A stretch of DNA of 37,141 nt from an uncultured bacterium (GCA_964585025.1 CAZPCO010000003.1:1-37141), one strand, 5' to 3'. Counted from the first letter of the stretch, positions 17,431 to 25,763 are shown. Notes: a model not told the origin generated them from the letters alone. Program-made: numbers and translations.

Positions 17431-18502
17431 AACCCTGATTGCCGCGATGAGCGGCGGCGTCGATTCTTCAGTAGCGGCAGCTCTCTATCTTGAGAAGGGT
17501 TATAAGGTTATCGGCGTCACCCTGAAAATGAAAACCTGCGACGACAGCCGCGAAAAAACAAAATCATGCTGCGGTCTCGACGACAATATTCAGGCGAGAA
17601 TGGTCGCCGAAAAACTCGGCATACCGCACCGCTTCATATCTGTTCGTGAAGAATTCTCCGAACAGATTCTCAGATATGCCTGGAACGAGTATAAAAACGG
17701 CAGAACTCCGAATCCGTGTGTATTATGCAATCACTACCTCAAATTTGGCGCGGTTCTCGGTCGTTTTGCCTCAGAACTCGGCGCTGAAGGCATAATCACA
17801 GGTCATTACGCGATCATCAACCGTGATATTCCCGGCCGCGCAAGGCTTTTCAAAGGCGCAAACAGCGAAAAAGACCAGACGTATTTTCTGTCGGCGCTGA
17901 CCCAGGAACAGCTTAACCACTCGTATATGCCGCTGGGCGACATGGCCAAACCCGATGTAAGAGCGATGGCTGCCCGGATCGGCCTGCCGAATGCCGCCAA
18001 AAAAGAGAGCCAGGATGCGTGTTTCGGTTACAAAGATGAAACTTTTGCCCTGACCCTGTCACGCTATTTTAACGAGAAGCCTGCATCAGGCCTACTCGTC
18101 GACGAAGGCGGCCATGTTCTCGGGCGCCACGAGGGAATTCAATTTTTTACCATCGGTCAGCGGAAAGGTCTGGGAATCGCACTTGGCCAGCCGGCCTACG
18201 TTATCGATATCAACCCGGCCAACAATCGCATCACGGTCAGCACCAACCACAATCTTCTGCTGACACGGCGATTCACAGCCAGCGACATGAACTGGCTCGA
18301 TTTCGATCACGACAGCCTGGAATGCGAAATTCAGACCAGATACCGCCAGCCCCTGCAGAAAGCCATGGTAAGACGGCAAGGCGACAAAGCCGTCGTTGAA
18401 CTCGCAGAACCGCTGGCTTCGGTTACGCCCGGGCAGCGTCTTGCCATCTACAAAAACGGGCAACTGCTCGGTGGCGGCTGGATCGAGAAATCACCACTTT
18501 GA
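17414..18502 (+). CDS. mnmA: tRNA 2-thiouridine(34) synthase MnmA
   Basis: The PP-loop AAMSGGVDSS lies at the N-terminus. Family-typical segments include NPCVLCN, KDQTYFL and FFTIGQRKGLGI. The ATG at 17414 is preferred to the GTG at 17399. Confidence 0.9.
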   Translation: MSETAKTLIAAMSGGVDSSVAAALYLEKGYKVIGVTLKMKTCDDSREKTKSCCGLDDNIQARMVAEKLGIPHRFISVREEFSEQILRYAWNEYKNGRTPNPCVLCNHYLKFGAVLGRFASELGAEGIITGHYAIINRDIPGRARLFKGANSEKDQTYFLSALTQEQLNHSYMPLGDMAKPDVRAMAARIGLPNAAKKESQDACFGYKDETFALTLSRYFNEKPASGLLVDEGGHVLGRHEGIQFFTIGQRKGLGIALGQPAYVIDINPANNRITVSTNHNLLLTRRFTASDMNWLDFDHDSLECEIQTRYRQPLQKAMVRRQGDKAVVELAEPLASVTPGQRLAIYKNGQLLGGGWIEKSPL

Positions 18503-19954
18503 TTCGCGCCAGATTTCTGGCCTGATGAATACGGCCAGCGCCATGATTTCGAGGCGGCCGGCCCACATCAGAAAGGTGTAGATCGTCTTGGTCACCCAGT
18601 GCAGATCGTAAAAACTACCCATCGGGCCGAGTTTGCCAAACCCGGGGCCGATATTTCCAAGAGTGGCGATGGCACCGGTATAACCGGTGATGATATTGCT
18701 TTCGATGAGGCTTGCCAAGGTGCCGCCAATTGCGAAGAAAATCAGATACATGGCGACAAAAGAAAAAACCGGCTGAATTTCGCCTTCTTTGAAGATCCGT
18801 TTCTCGAGTTTGACCGTAACGACTGCCTGCGGGTAAATAGTTTTCAGCAGGACCTTACCAAGATATCTGAACAACAGCAGAAAACGGACGACCTTGATGC
18901 CGCCGCCCGCTGAACCAGAGCAACCGCCAATGAACATCAAAACCAGCAGTATCACCTTGGCGCTGTCTGACCAGAGCTCGAAATCTACAGTTGCAGATCC
19001 GGTGGTGGTCATGATGCTGATATTCTGAAAAAGTGCGATTCTGATCGTATCGATGAGAGTCGGTCCGCCTGAGCCATTTTGCGACAATACGGCAACCAGA
19101 ATCACAGTGGCTGTAAGAATAATGAGAAAATAGAGACGCAGTTCCGGGTTGCGCAGAAACGATGCATAATTTCCTCTGATGAATTTAACCTGGAGAGTGA
19201 AGTTGGCACCGGCGAGAAACATGAAAATGATGGTGACCCATTCGGCAAAATGATTGTTGTAGCCCATGATGCTCTGCGGATGCGGCGAAAACCCGCCGGC
19301 GGCGAGTGTGCCAAAAGAATTCGCCATCGAATCGTTCAGCGGCATTCCTGAAAGGTAGAGCAGAAATGACATAAGGGCGGTCAGAAAAAAATACCAGCCC
19401 CAGAGATGTCGGGCGGTATCGCTGATACGCGGCGTCAATTTTTCTTTGCTTGCCGAAGATGTTTCGGCAAAAAATAGCTGCCGACCCGAAATAGCCAGAT
19501 GGGGCAAAACCGCGACGAATAACACCAGAATACCCATGCCTCCGAGCCATTGAGTGTAGCCGCGATAAAAGAACATCGAGCTGTTGAGAATCGAAAAGTC
19601 ACTGAGAATTGTGGCACCGGTAGTGGTAAATCCGCTCATTGACTCAAAAAGACTGTCAGTAAAACCAATCCCGAAACACATATAAGGAATAGCACCCATC
19701 AGAGCAACTGAAAGCCAGCTCAGGCTGACCGCCGCCATGCCTTCCATGCGGTTCAGATCATCGAAGTTTGTAGCATGACTGGAACGCCAGGCGAAGCGCC
19801 CAAGAAGAATCCCGGTCAGCATGCAAAGTACGAATGCAGCTGCAGAATCTGTCTGCCCGGCAATTATAGCTGCAATGAGCGGGATGATCATCACCGCGGC
19901 AACACTCTGAACAATCAGGCCAATTACTGAAACTACAATGCGAAATCTGATCAT
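18491..19954 (-). CDS. trkH: Trk/Ktr-type K+ transporter membrane subunit
   Basis: This is a 487-aa polytopic protein with repeated selectivity-filter-like loops (SGFTTTG, MTTTGSA, LAAGGFS, IGPGFG). Its ATG overlaps the trkA stop in a TAATG junction (19952-19956). Confidence 0.9.
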   Translation of the reverse strand: MIRFRIVVSVIGLIVQSVAAVMIIPLIAAIIAGQTDSAAAFVLCMLTGILLGRFAWRSSHATNFDDLNRMEGMAAVSLSWLSVALMGAIPYMCFGIGFTDSLFESMSGFTTTGATILSDFSILNSSMFFYRGYTQWLGGMGILVLFVAVLPHLAISGRQLFFAETSSASKEKLTPRISDTARHLWGWYFFLTALMSFLLYLSGMPLNDSMANSFGTLAAGGFSPHPQSIMGYNNHFAEWVTIIFMFLAGANFTLQVKFIRGNYASFLRNPELRLYFLIILTATVILVAVLSQNGSGGPTLIDTIRIALFQNISIMTTTGSATVDFELWSDSAKVILLVLMFIGGCSGSAGGGIKVVRFLLLFRYLGKVLLKTIYPQAVVTVKLEKRIFKEGEIQPVFSFVAMYLIFFAIGGTLASLIESNIITGYTGAIATLGNIGPGFGKLGPMGSFYDLHWVTKTIYTFLMWAGRLEIMALAVFIRPEIWRESKW

Positions 19955-21336
19955 TAGGATTTACCGGCTTCTTCGGCCTCATGAGCATTAATGGCAGCGA
20001 GCACCTGCAGTTTCAAATATTCGGCAAGTGTTTCTCCTTGATCCTTGGCACAAAAGACGCGCAGGTGATCCTTTTCCTTCAATTTGTCTTCACCACCAGG
20101 CACCATGGTATGCCCACCACGTCTGATAGCCGCGATGATGACCCCTTCAGGAAGTTTCAGATCCATGAGGCGGCTGGGTGGAAACCCGTTGGGAACGACG
20201 ACTTCGCGGATCTCGGCTTTGCCCTTTTCAAAGATGGTGAAAACGTCGATCGCGTCATCGGAAATTTGTCGGCAGACGCTCTGCACAGCATTGAACTGCG
20301 CGCTCAGCGCCACATCTATACCAAGCTTTTCGAAAAATTCGATATTATCTGTTGAGTGAGCCCTGGTGATGACCTTTTTAACGTTGAGCATCTTCGCATG
20401 CATTGCTACAAAGAGGTTGCGCTCATCGTTACCGGTTACGGCAACCAGGCAATCGCAGTTTTCGACCTGTTGCGAACGCAGAAAGCCGACATCAGTGCCA
20501 TCGGCATGCATTACCAGAATTCTCTCGGCCAGACGCTCGGTGAGCAGCTGACATTGCGGCAGCGACTTCTCGATGATTCTGACCTTGAAATGGCTGAAGG
20601 GTTCGAGAGCCTTGGCGAGAATATAGCCGACATTGCCACCACCAACGATCACCACATTGAGGTTTTTGCCGGGGTTTGGATTGAAACGGCTTTCAATCTT
20701 GCGCATACTCGCCTCGTGGCCCATGAAAATGATTTTGTCATTGCGATAAAGAGTGGTCATGCCACCGGGAATGATAACCTGATCTTCACGGAAAAGAGCC
20801 ACTGCAAGAGCACCTCGCGGAATCCCGAGATCCTTGAGTTTTTTGCCGACCGCACTGTTGCCGGTTTTGAGTCGGAATTCAAGCAACTTGAGGTCTTCGT
20901 GCTCGAAAACCTTCACATCTATGGCGCCCGGAACGGTAAGAATCTGGGCAATATATTCGCCCAGAAGCATTTCAGGCCAGATCAGACGGTCAATTGCCAG
21001 ATGTTCGCCGAGTTCACCAGCGAAAGTTTCGAAATAGTGCGCCTTGTTGACGAAACAGAAAGTCTGAGCCTTGCTCAATTGCTTGACCGCAAGACAGGAA
21101 ATGACATTGACCTCGTCGGAATGAGCACAGCCGATAAAAGCATCGGCTTCAGCGACCCGGGCTTCCTGAAGTACGCTCAAGCTTGTCGGGTTGCCGTTGA
21201 CAACCTGCAGGTCGAGCTGTTCGAGAACTTCTATGGCATGAGGGGCAGATTCGATGACGTGAACATCATGGTTGCTTGCCAGGGTCCTGGCGAACAGCAT
21301 GCCAATTTCCGTTCCACCTGATATGACTATTTTCAT
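19954..21336 (-). CDS. trkA: Trk system NAD-binding regulatory subunit (two RCK_N + two RCK_C domains)
   Basis: Two Rossmann starts are visible (MKIVISGGTEIG and NVVIVGGGNVGYILA), each followed by a TrkA_C-like segment. The gene is directly coupled to trkH. Confidence 0.9.
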   Translation of the reverse strand: MKIVISGGTEIGMLFARTLASNHDVHVIESAPHAIEVLEQLDLQVVNGNPTSLSVLQEARVAEADAFIGCAHSDEVNVISCLAVKQLSKAQTFCFVNKAHYFETFAGELGEHLAIDRLIWPEMLLGEYIAQILTVPGAIDVKVFEHEDLKLLEFRLKTGNSAVGKKLKDLGIPRGALAVALFREDQVIIPGGMTTLYRNDKIIFMGHEASMRKIESRFNPNPGKNLNVVIVGGGNVGYILAKALEPFSHFKVRIIEKSLPQCQLLTERLAERILVMHADGTDVGFLRSQQVENCDCLVAVTGNDERNLFVAMHAKMLNVKKVITRAHSTDNIEFFEKLGIDVALSAQFNAVQSVCRQISDDAIDVFTIFEKGKAEIREVVVPNGFPPSRLMDLKLPEGVIIAAIRRGGHTMVPGGEDKLKEKDHLRVFCAKDQGETLAEYLKLQVLAAINAHEAEEAGKS

Positions 21337-21375
21337 GATTAAAGATTTAACTCGCAGTCAGAATAGCGATGGCTT

Positions 21376-22461
21376 CTATTTAAAAACTGGGTAAAAACCG
21401 CAGCAGCGGCCAAGTAGACCTTTCTTTTTGAATTCAGCGGTCAGCGCATCGAACACTGCCGGGTTGGCTGGCAGAATCATTTCGATTATTACCACTGTAT
21501 CCCAGGGTTTTTCGACAAAATTCAGGTTGTGAATGTCGGTAACTTCGATCTCACGGTCGCGCATCTGCCCGATTATGTCGTAAATATGCTCACTGCGGCG
21601 GTTAAGAGGGCACATAATCGTGGTTTTGAGACCAGCCCGGTATTGCACCGGAACCGCTGAAGAAAGAGTCAGAAACTTCACTTTCGGCACCTGTTCAGAT
21701 TTTATGCCTGACTTGATAACAATCATGTTCGAAAAGCTTTCGACCAGCTTCGAAGGCAGAATAGCCGCCACCGGATTGACGCTCTCGAGGTTTTCACACA
21801 CTTCCGACATACTGCGGCAGATTTTAACCTTGAGATCGAATGACAGGGTTATGAAAAAATGGCGCATCAGGCGCAGCATTTCGCTGGTAACACAAATTTC
21901 ATGAGCTTCTGAAAGATCACGGGCGCTGTTGGTTACCACACAGAATTCCGGGGTGTAATTGAATTCTTCTACAATTCCAAGTTTTCCCGACATCAACGTT
22001 TCGACCAGAGCGAGGCGATCAGGCGAATGCTCAGGTGTAAAGGTCGCAAAACCCAGATTCACCTGGCTTTTGCCAAGTTCGGCGCAAAAATCATCAAAAT
22101 TGTCTATGGCTATAATATCAGCGCTGTGACCAAAGCGGGCCAGAGCAGCATCGTTGAACCAGCCGTTTTTCTCTCCGAGAACCGCAATGCGGCCCTGTTC
22201 CTGGGCGGAACGGCAGGCAGAAACAATCTCGACGAAAATGCTTTCAACACTGCTGCGATTGAGCCCTTCGAGATTATAATGACCAAGATTCTTGAAAACA
22301 TCTGCCTCGCGAATTGGAGCGAAGCAGGCTTCAAACCCAGAAGCCCGCTTGACACCACCTATTTCACGGGCAAGCACGACGCGCTGTTTCACGAGATCGA
22401 TCAGACCACGGTCGATGGCATCAAGACTCTTTCTCAGTTCCTCCAGGTTTTTTCCGGTCAT
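21376..22461 (-). CDS. Chorismate mutase fused to a divergent prephenate-dehydratase-like domain and an ACT-like domain (P-protein architecture)
   Basis: The N-terminus is CM_2-like (LEELRKSLDAIDRGLIDLVKQRVVLAREIGGVK). The central domain has PDT-like layout (RIAVLGEKNGWFNDAALARFG) but shows substitutions at conserved motifs (see findings). The C-terminus has ACT-like beta-alpha-beta character. A strong RBS (AGGAGAAT) precedes the ATG at 22461. Confidence 0.6.
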   Translation of the reverse strand: MTGKNLEELRKSLDAIDRGLIDLVKQRVVLAREIGGVKRASGFEACFAPIREADVFKNLGHYNLEGLNRSSVESIFVEIVSACRSAQEQGRIAVLGEKNGWFNDAALARFGHSADIIAIDNFDDFCAELGKSQVNLGFATFTPEHSPDRLALVETLMSGKLGIVEEFNYTPEFCVVTNSARDLSEAHEICVTSEMLRLMRHFFITLSFDLKVKICRSMSEVCENLESVNPVAAILPSKLVESFSNMIVIKSGIKSEQVPKVKFLTLSSAVPVQYRAGLKTTIMCPLNRRSEHIYDIIGQMRDREIEVTDIHNLNFVEKPWDTVVIIEMILPANPAVFDALTAEFKKKGLLGRCCGFYPVFK

Positions 22462-23161
22462 ATTCTCCTGTCCTCTTTTTCATGGATTTATATTGCGGGC
22501 AATTCTCATCGTTCTCACGACAATACGGCATAACTGCAAATTGACACGGCGCTCCGGCGCTTTTGAAAATCAGCGGCGCAACAGCTCTGACCGCCTTTAG
22601 CATGTCAAAGGCCAGCTGCCTGATTTCCCATTGGGCTTTGATACAGCACCTCTGTTCAAAAAAATTGAACAGACTGCGGGCATTGAGGGTAAAAACCAGC
22701 TTCGTTTCAATGGCGTTTGGAAAGATATAACGCGCATCTTCTGGCGCCACCCCGGCTTCAACCATCTCGCGGTAGGCGTCGAGCGTCTGCTGCACCGCCT
22801 TGTCGAAAATTCGCCTGGCATCCGGCTTGTTGTCGAGCGAAGGCGGAACGATATACGGCAGTGACGGCACTTTCATGTAGTTGACGTAGCGCTGACTCTC
22901 CTGGGAATACGAGGCAATGCGGTGCCTGACCAGTTGATGCGACAAGGCCCGCGAAATACCGTCGGCACTGAAGGTAAAATCGGCATGTTCAAATGGCGAC
23001 AGATGGTTGCGCTGTCTCAGAAAGCCAAGCAGGCGTTCGATTTCCTCTTCGGTCAGGTGCTCTTCAATATCATCGGCAGCCCGCGAAGAGTAACAACGAC
23101 GCGCCGCCAGGGCAACCAGGCGGTCAGGCTCAGGAGTATGGCGGAGTAACAGCAGCGTCAA
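22421..23161 (-). CDS. thyX: FAD-dependent thymidylate synthase ThyX
   Basis: The ThyX signature RHRIASYSQESQRY (RHRxxSxxxxSxRY) is present. The TTG start at 23159-23161 has GAGGAAG 5 nt upstream. The 3' end overlaps the next gene by 41 nt. Confidence 0.9.
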   Translation of the reverse strand: MTLLLLRHTPEPDRLVALAARRCYSSRAADDIEEHLTEEEIERLLGFLRQRNHLSPFEHADFTFSADGISRALSHQLVRHRIASYSQESQRYVNYMKVPSLPYIVPPSLDNKPDARRIFDKAVQQTLDAYREMVEAGVAPEDARYIFPNAIETKLVFTLNARSLFNFFEQRCCIKAQWEIRQLAFDMLKAVRAVAPLIFKSAGAPCQFAVMPYCRENDENCPQYKSMKKRTGEYDRKKPGGTEKES

Positions 23162-23194
23162 AGGTTACTTCCTCAAATCAGGATCTTGCTATAC

Positions 23195-23234
23195 TGAAAA
23201 TCTGCTGCCCGGCAGTTTGACCGGACAGCAGATT
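23195..23234 (-). terminator. Candidate rho-independent terminator downstream of rpmE
   Basis: AATCTGCTG and CAGCAGATT form perfect 9-bp arms, with an inner CCGG/CCGG pairing. On the minus strand the stem runs into AUUUUC. The element lies 23 nt downstream of the rpmE stop codon. Confidence 0.45.
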
Positions 23235-23256
23235 CTCACCACGAAAATCTGAAGAC

Positions 23257-23538
23257 TTATTCAGTTTTGGCTTCGGCTGGAGCAGCTGCTTTGGCGGCTT
23301 TTTTGCTCTTTTTGGTGGCTTCGGCTTCTGCAGCCTTTTTCTGGGTTTCGAGTTTGGCTTTGAATCTTTCGACGCGGCCGGTGGTGTCTACAAAGCGCTG
23401 GGTGCCGGTGAAGAAGGGGTGGCAGGCCGAGCAGACTTCAACCTTGAGTTCGGCAGAGGTCGAAAGGGTGGCAAAAGTATTGCCACAAGCGCAGGTTACG
23501 TTGATGAGGTTGGTTTTCGGGTGGACATTCTGTTTCAT
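23257..23538 (-). CDS. rpmE: 50S ribosomal protein L31 (Zn-ribbon type) with a Lys/Ala-rich C-terminal tail
   Basis: The core sequence is [45 protein letters not shown]. It is followed by [34 protein letters not shown]. Confidence 0.9.
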   Translation of the reverse strand: MKQNVHPKTNLINVTCACGNTFATLSTSAELKVEVCSACHPFFTGTQRFVDTTGRVERFKAKLETQKKAAEAEATKKSKKAAKAAAPAEAKTE

Positions 23539-23553
23539 TTCCGGGGTCTCCTG

Positions 23554-23916
23554 TTAAAATTCTTTCGAAGCTTCTTCAAGGCTGTCATAGGTCTTGATGA
23601 TGTGCTGCAGCTGAATAAGCTGGAAAATACCATAAATATACGCGTTCAGACTGATCAGAACCAGCTCGCCACCGGCATCACGCAATTTTTTGAGAGTGCC
23701 GATAAAAAAGCCGAGGCCTGAAGAATCTATGTAATTGGTTCTTTCAAGGTCGAGAACCACTTTTACCTTGTTTTCGTCAACCAGCTTCTGAATCTGTTCT
23801 TTTGCAACCGGCAGGGTCCACATGTCGAGGTCGCCGATCAGCGACAGCACGACATAGCCCTTGGTGGCATCTTTTCTTTCGAAGCTCAGTTTATCTTTTT
23901 CTTTCTGGTCGGTCAT
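23554..23916 (-). CDS. STAS-domain protein (SpoIIAA/RsbV-like anti-sigma-factor antagonist)
   Basis: The segment LDLERTNYIDSSGLGFFIGTLKKL carries the canonical DSSG phospho-serine context. The ATG at 23914-23916 is preceded by GGAGGA. The track ORF start at 24018 would overlap the ComFB gene. Confidence 0.8.
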   Translation of the reverse strand: MTDQKEKDKLSFERKDATKGYVVLSLIGDLDMWTLPVAKEQIQKLVDENKVKVVLDLERTNYIDSSGLGFFIGTLKKLRDAGGELVLISLNAYIYGIFQLIQLQHIIKTYDSLEEASKEF

Positions 23917-23945
23917 TTCGTCCTCCACAGGGAAGTATGGCACAA

Positions 23946-24239
23946 TCAACTGTGCCTTGGTCTGCTGCGAACAATTTCGATGGCCTTGCAAACCGCCATG
24001 GTGACGTTTGCCTGCCATTGCGAAGACTCTAAATCTACATTGGTAACGGCATTACCAATATTGGTCACCACGTATTTGGGCGGCAGCGAATTCAAAGCCA
24101 AAGCCAGAATATCGAGAGTGCAGCGGGCGCAAGAACAGGCAGTTTCGCCCTTCTTTGCCAGCATCTGACTCGTGATCTGCCTGACCACGCTCTCCATTTT
24201 ATTCACTAATACTATTTCATCCATTTTATTGTCATCCAA
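23946..24239 (-). CDS. ComFB-family protein
   Basis: The ~95-aa protein contains VLVNKMESVV...CSCARCTLDILALALNSLPPKYV...WQANV...AIEIV, which matches my recollection of the ComFB fold family. The start is either the TTG at 24239 (overlapping the upstream stop by 8 nt) or the ATG at 24224. Confidence 0.7.
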   Translation of the reverse strand: MDDNKMDEIVLVNKMESVVRQITSQMLAKKGETACSCARCTLDILALALNSLPPKYVVTNIGNAVTNVDLESSQWQANVTMAVCKAIEIVRSRPRHS

Positions 24240-25155
24240 GCTTGGTTCTGAGTGTTTTCGGATCTATATCGAGCAATCGTGCCGCTTTAAGCTTGTTACC
24301 GCCCGCATACTCAAGAACCTTCTTTACATACATGCGTTCCATCTCGGCAAGAGTGTATATCCTGTCTTCTACAGGGTTGTCACCACCAGCCGCTGAAGGC
24401 TGCCTGATCTTCTCAGGAAAGTCTTCAGGCTCTACCTGCGAGCTTCTCGAAAGAACGACCGACCGTTCGATCACATTGCGCAGCTCTCTGACATTGCCGG
24501 GCCAGCTGTAGTTCTGCAGCGTCTGCAGCGCCTGCCTGCTGATGCAGAGATCGGGCTTGTTGTATTTGGCCCTGAATTCCTGGACAAAGGCCTCAACTAT
24601 CTCGGCAACGTCTTCCATACGCTCACGCATTGGCGGAATATGAATCTCGACGACATTCAGCCGGTAATAAAGATCTTCACGGAACCGCCCGCGCTTGATT
24701 TCATCGAGCAGATTCTTGTTGGTGGCTGCAAGAATGCGAACATCGACCTTGATGGTATTGTTACCGCCGATTCTTTCGAATTCCTGTTCCTGCAGAACCC
24801 GCAGTAGTTTCGTCTGCGTCATCATCGACATGTCACCGATTTCATCAAGAAACAATGACCCGCCGTCGGCGCGTTCGAAACAGCCTTCCTGGCGGCTGAC
24901 CGCCCCGGTGAAGGCACCACGCTCATGCCCGAACATTTGACTTTCAAGGAGCTCAGAAGGTATTGCCGCACAGTTCATCTTCAAAAACGGTCGCGTCTTT
25001 CGGGGACTCAGCTGCTGAATCGTTTCAGCAACCATCTCCTTGCCGGTACCGCTTTCGCCGGTGATAAGAACCGTCACATCGTTTCCAGCTACTTTCGATA
25101 CCAGATCGAGAACATCTTTGATCGTATCGCTTGAACCGATTATCTTTGATTTCAT
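24232..25155 (-). CDS. Sigma-54-dependent transcriptional activator consisting only of the AAA+ and Fis-type HTH domains
   Basis: The motifs are Walker A GESGTGKE, GAFTGA, Walker B LFLDEIG, RVLQEQEFERIGG, and YSWPGNVRELRN. The C-terminal HTH reads GGNKLKAARLLDIDPKTLRTKL. The protein begins directly at the AAA+ core (MKSKIIGSSDTIKDV) from the ATG at 25155, so there is no receiver, GAF or PAS domain. Confidence 0.85.
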   Translation of the reverse strand: MKSKIIGSSDTIKDVLDLVSKVAGNDVTVLITGESGTGKEMVAETIQQLSPRKTRPFLKMNCAAIPSELLESQMFGHERGAFTGAVSRQEGCFERADGGSLFLDEIGDMSMMTQTKLLRVLQEQEFERIGGNNTIKVDVRILAATNKNLLDEIKRGRFREDLYYRLNVVEIHIPPMRERMEDVAEIVEAFVQEFRAKYNKPDLCISRQALQTLQNYSWPGNVRELRNVIERSVVLSRSSQVEPEDFPEKIRQPSAAGGDNPVEDRIYTLAEMERMYVKKVLEYAGGNKLKAARLLDIDPKTLRTKLG

Positions 25156-25312
25156 AGTCCGGCAAAACCTTATATGATTGAGCTTGAGCCTTATCCCCGG
25201 GGTTTTCACCACGAGAATATCACTCCGGCTCAGTCGTAATGATTGATGTTATCACAGGCCTACAGGCGTGTCAAGAACTCTCGGATAGCACCAGCAATCA
25301 GCACCAGTATCA

Positions 25313-25340
25313 TTTAGGGTACCGAAAACCGTACCCTAAA
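25313..25340. promoter_or_regulatory. Perfect 10-bp inverted repeat in the divergent intergenic region (candidate operator)
   Basis: TTTAGGGTAC cgaaaacc GTACCCTAAA. The repeat lies 158 nt upstream of the activator ATG (minus strand) and 112 nt upstream of the RRM-gene ATG (plus strand). Neither side has a flanking U-tract, so it is not terminator-like. Confidence 0.35.
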
Positions 25341-25451
25341 ATATTTTCATGGGGGCTTGCAATTTACTCTGTTATAGTAGAAAATATTATCAGCCTGAAC
25401 TTCACTTAAAGATGTGAAAAGGCGCGAGATGTTTTTGGAGGAACTTGCAAA

Positions 25452-25703
25452 ATGTCTGCAAAAATCTTTGTTGGTAACCTGCCTTTCAGCGTTGACAATC
25501 GCAAACTCGAAGAAGAATTCGCCAAATTTGGCAAAGTTGTTAGTGCCAAGGTAATTCTCGACAAAAATTCCGGTCGCTCCCGAGGCTACGGATTTGTCGA
25601 ATTCGCCGAAGAAGGCAGTGCTCAGGCCGCCGTCACCGGCATGAACGACCAGCCAATCGAAGGGCGCAAACTGACGGTCAGCCTCGCCAAAAACCAGGCC
25701 TGA
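25452..25703 (+). CDS. RRM-type RNA-binding protein
   Basis: RNP2 (KIFVGNLPF) and RNP1 (RGYGFVEF) are both present in an 83-aa protein. A strong RBS (GGAGGAA) lies 8 nt upstream. Confidence 0.9.
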   Translation: MSAKIFVGNLPFSVDNRKLEEEFAKFGKVVSAKVILDKNSGRSRGYGFVEFAEEGSAQAAVTGMNDQPIEGRKLTVSLAKNQA

Positions 25704-25763
25704 CGCAACACAAATCAATCAAGGTCTGCAGAGTCACGCCACCCATTCAAAGGAACCCCAAAC

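Noticed and set aside
20356-21321. A 321-aa ORF on the plus strand, the longest of the overlapping antisense ORFs in the track
   Set aside because: It lies entirely antisense to trkA, whose translation carries clear Rossmann/RCK motifs. The antisense product has no recognisable motifs. Long antisense ORFs are a common artefact of codon bias.
25436-25449. A sigma-54-promoter-like string, TGGAGGAACTTGCA, next to the sigma-54 activator locus
   Set aside because: The GG to GC spacing is 10 nt rather than the 12 nt of TGGCAC-N5-TTGC. The element also sits 3-16 nt before the RRM-gene ATG, where GGAGGAA is simply the ribosome-binding site. I checked every other TGGCAC occurrence I could find by eye, and none has a TTGC at the right distance.
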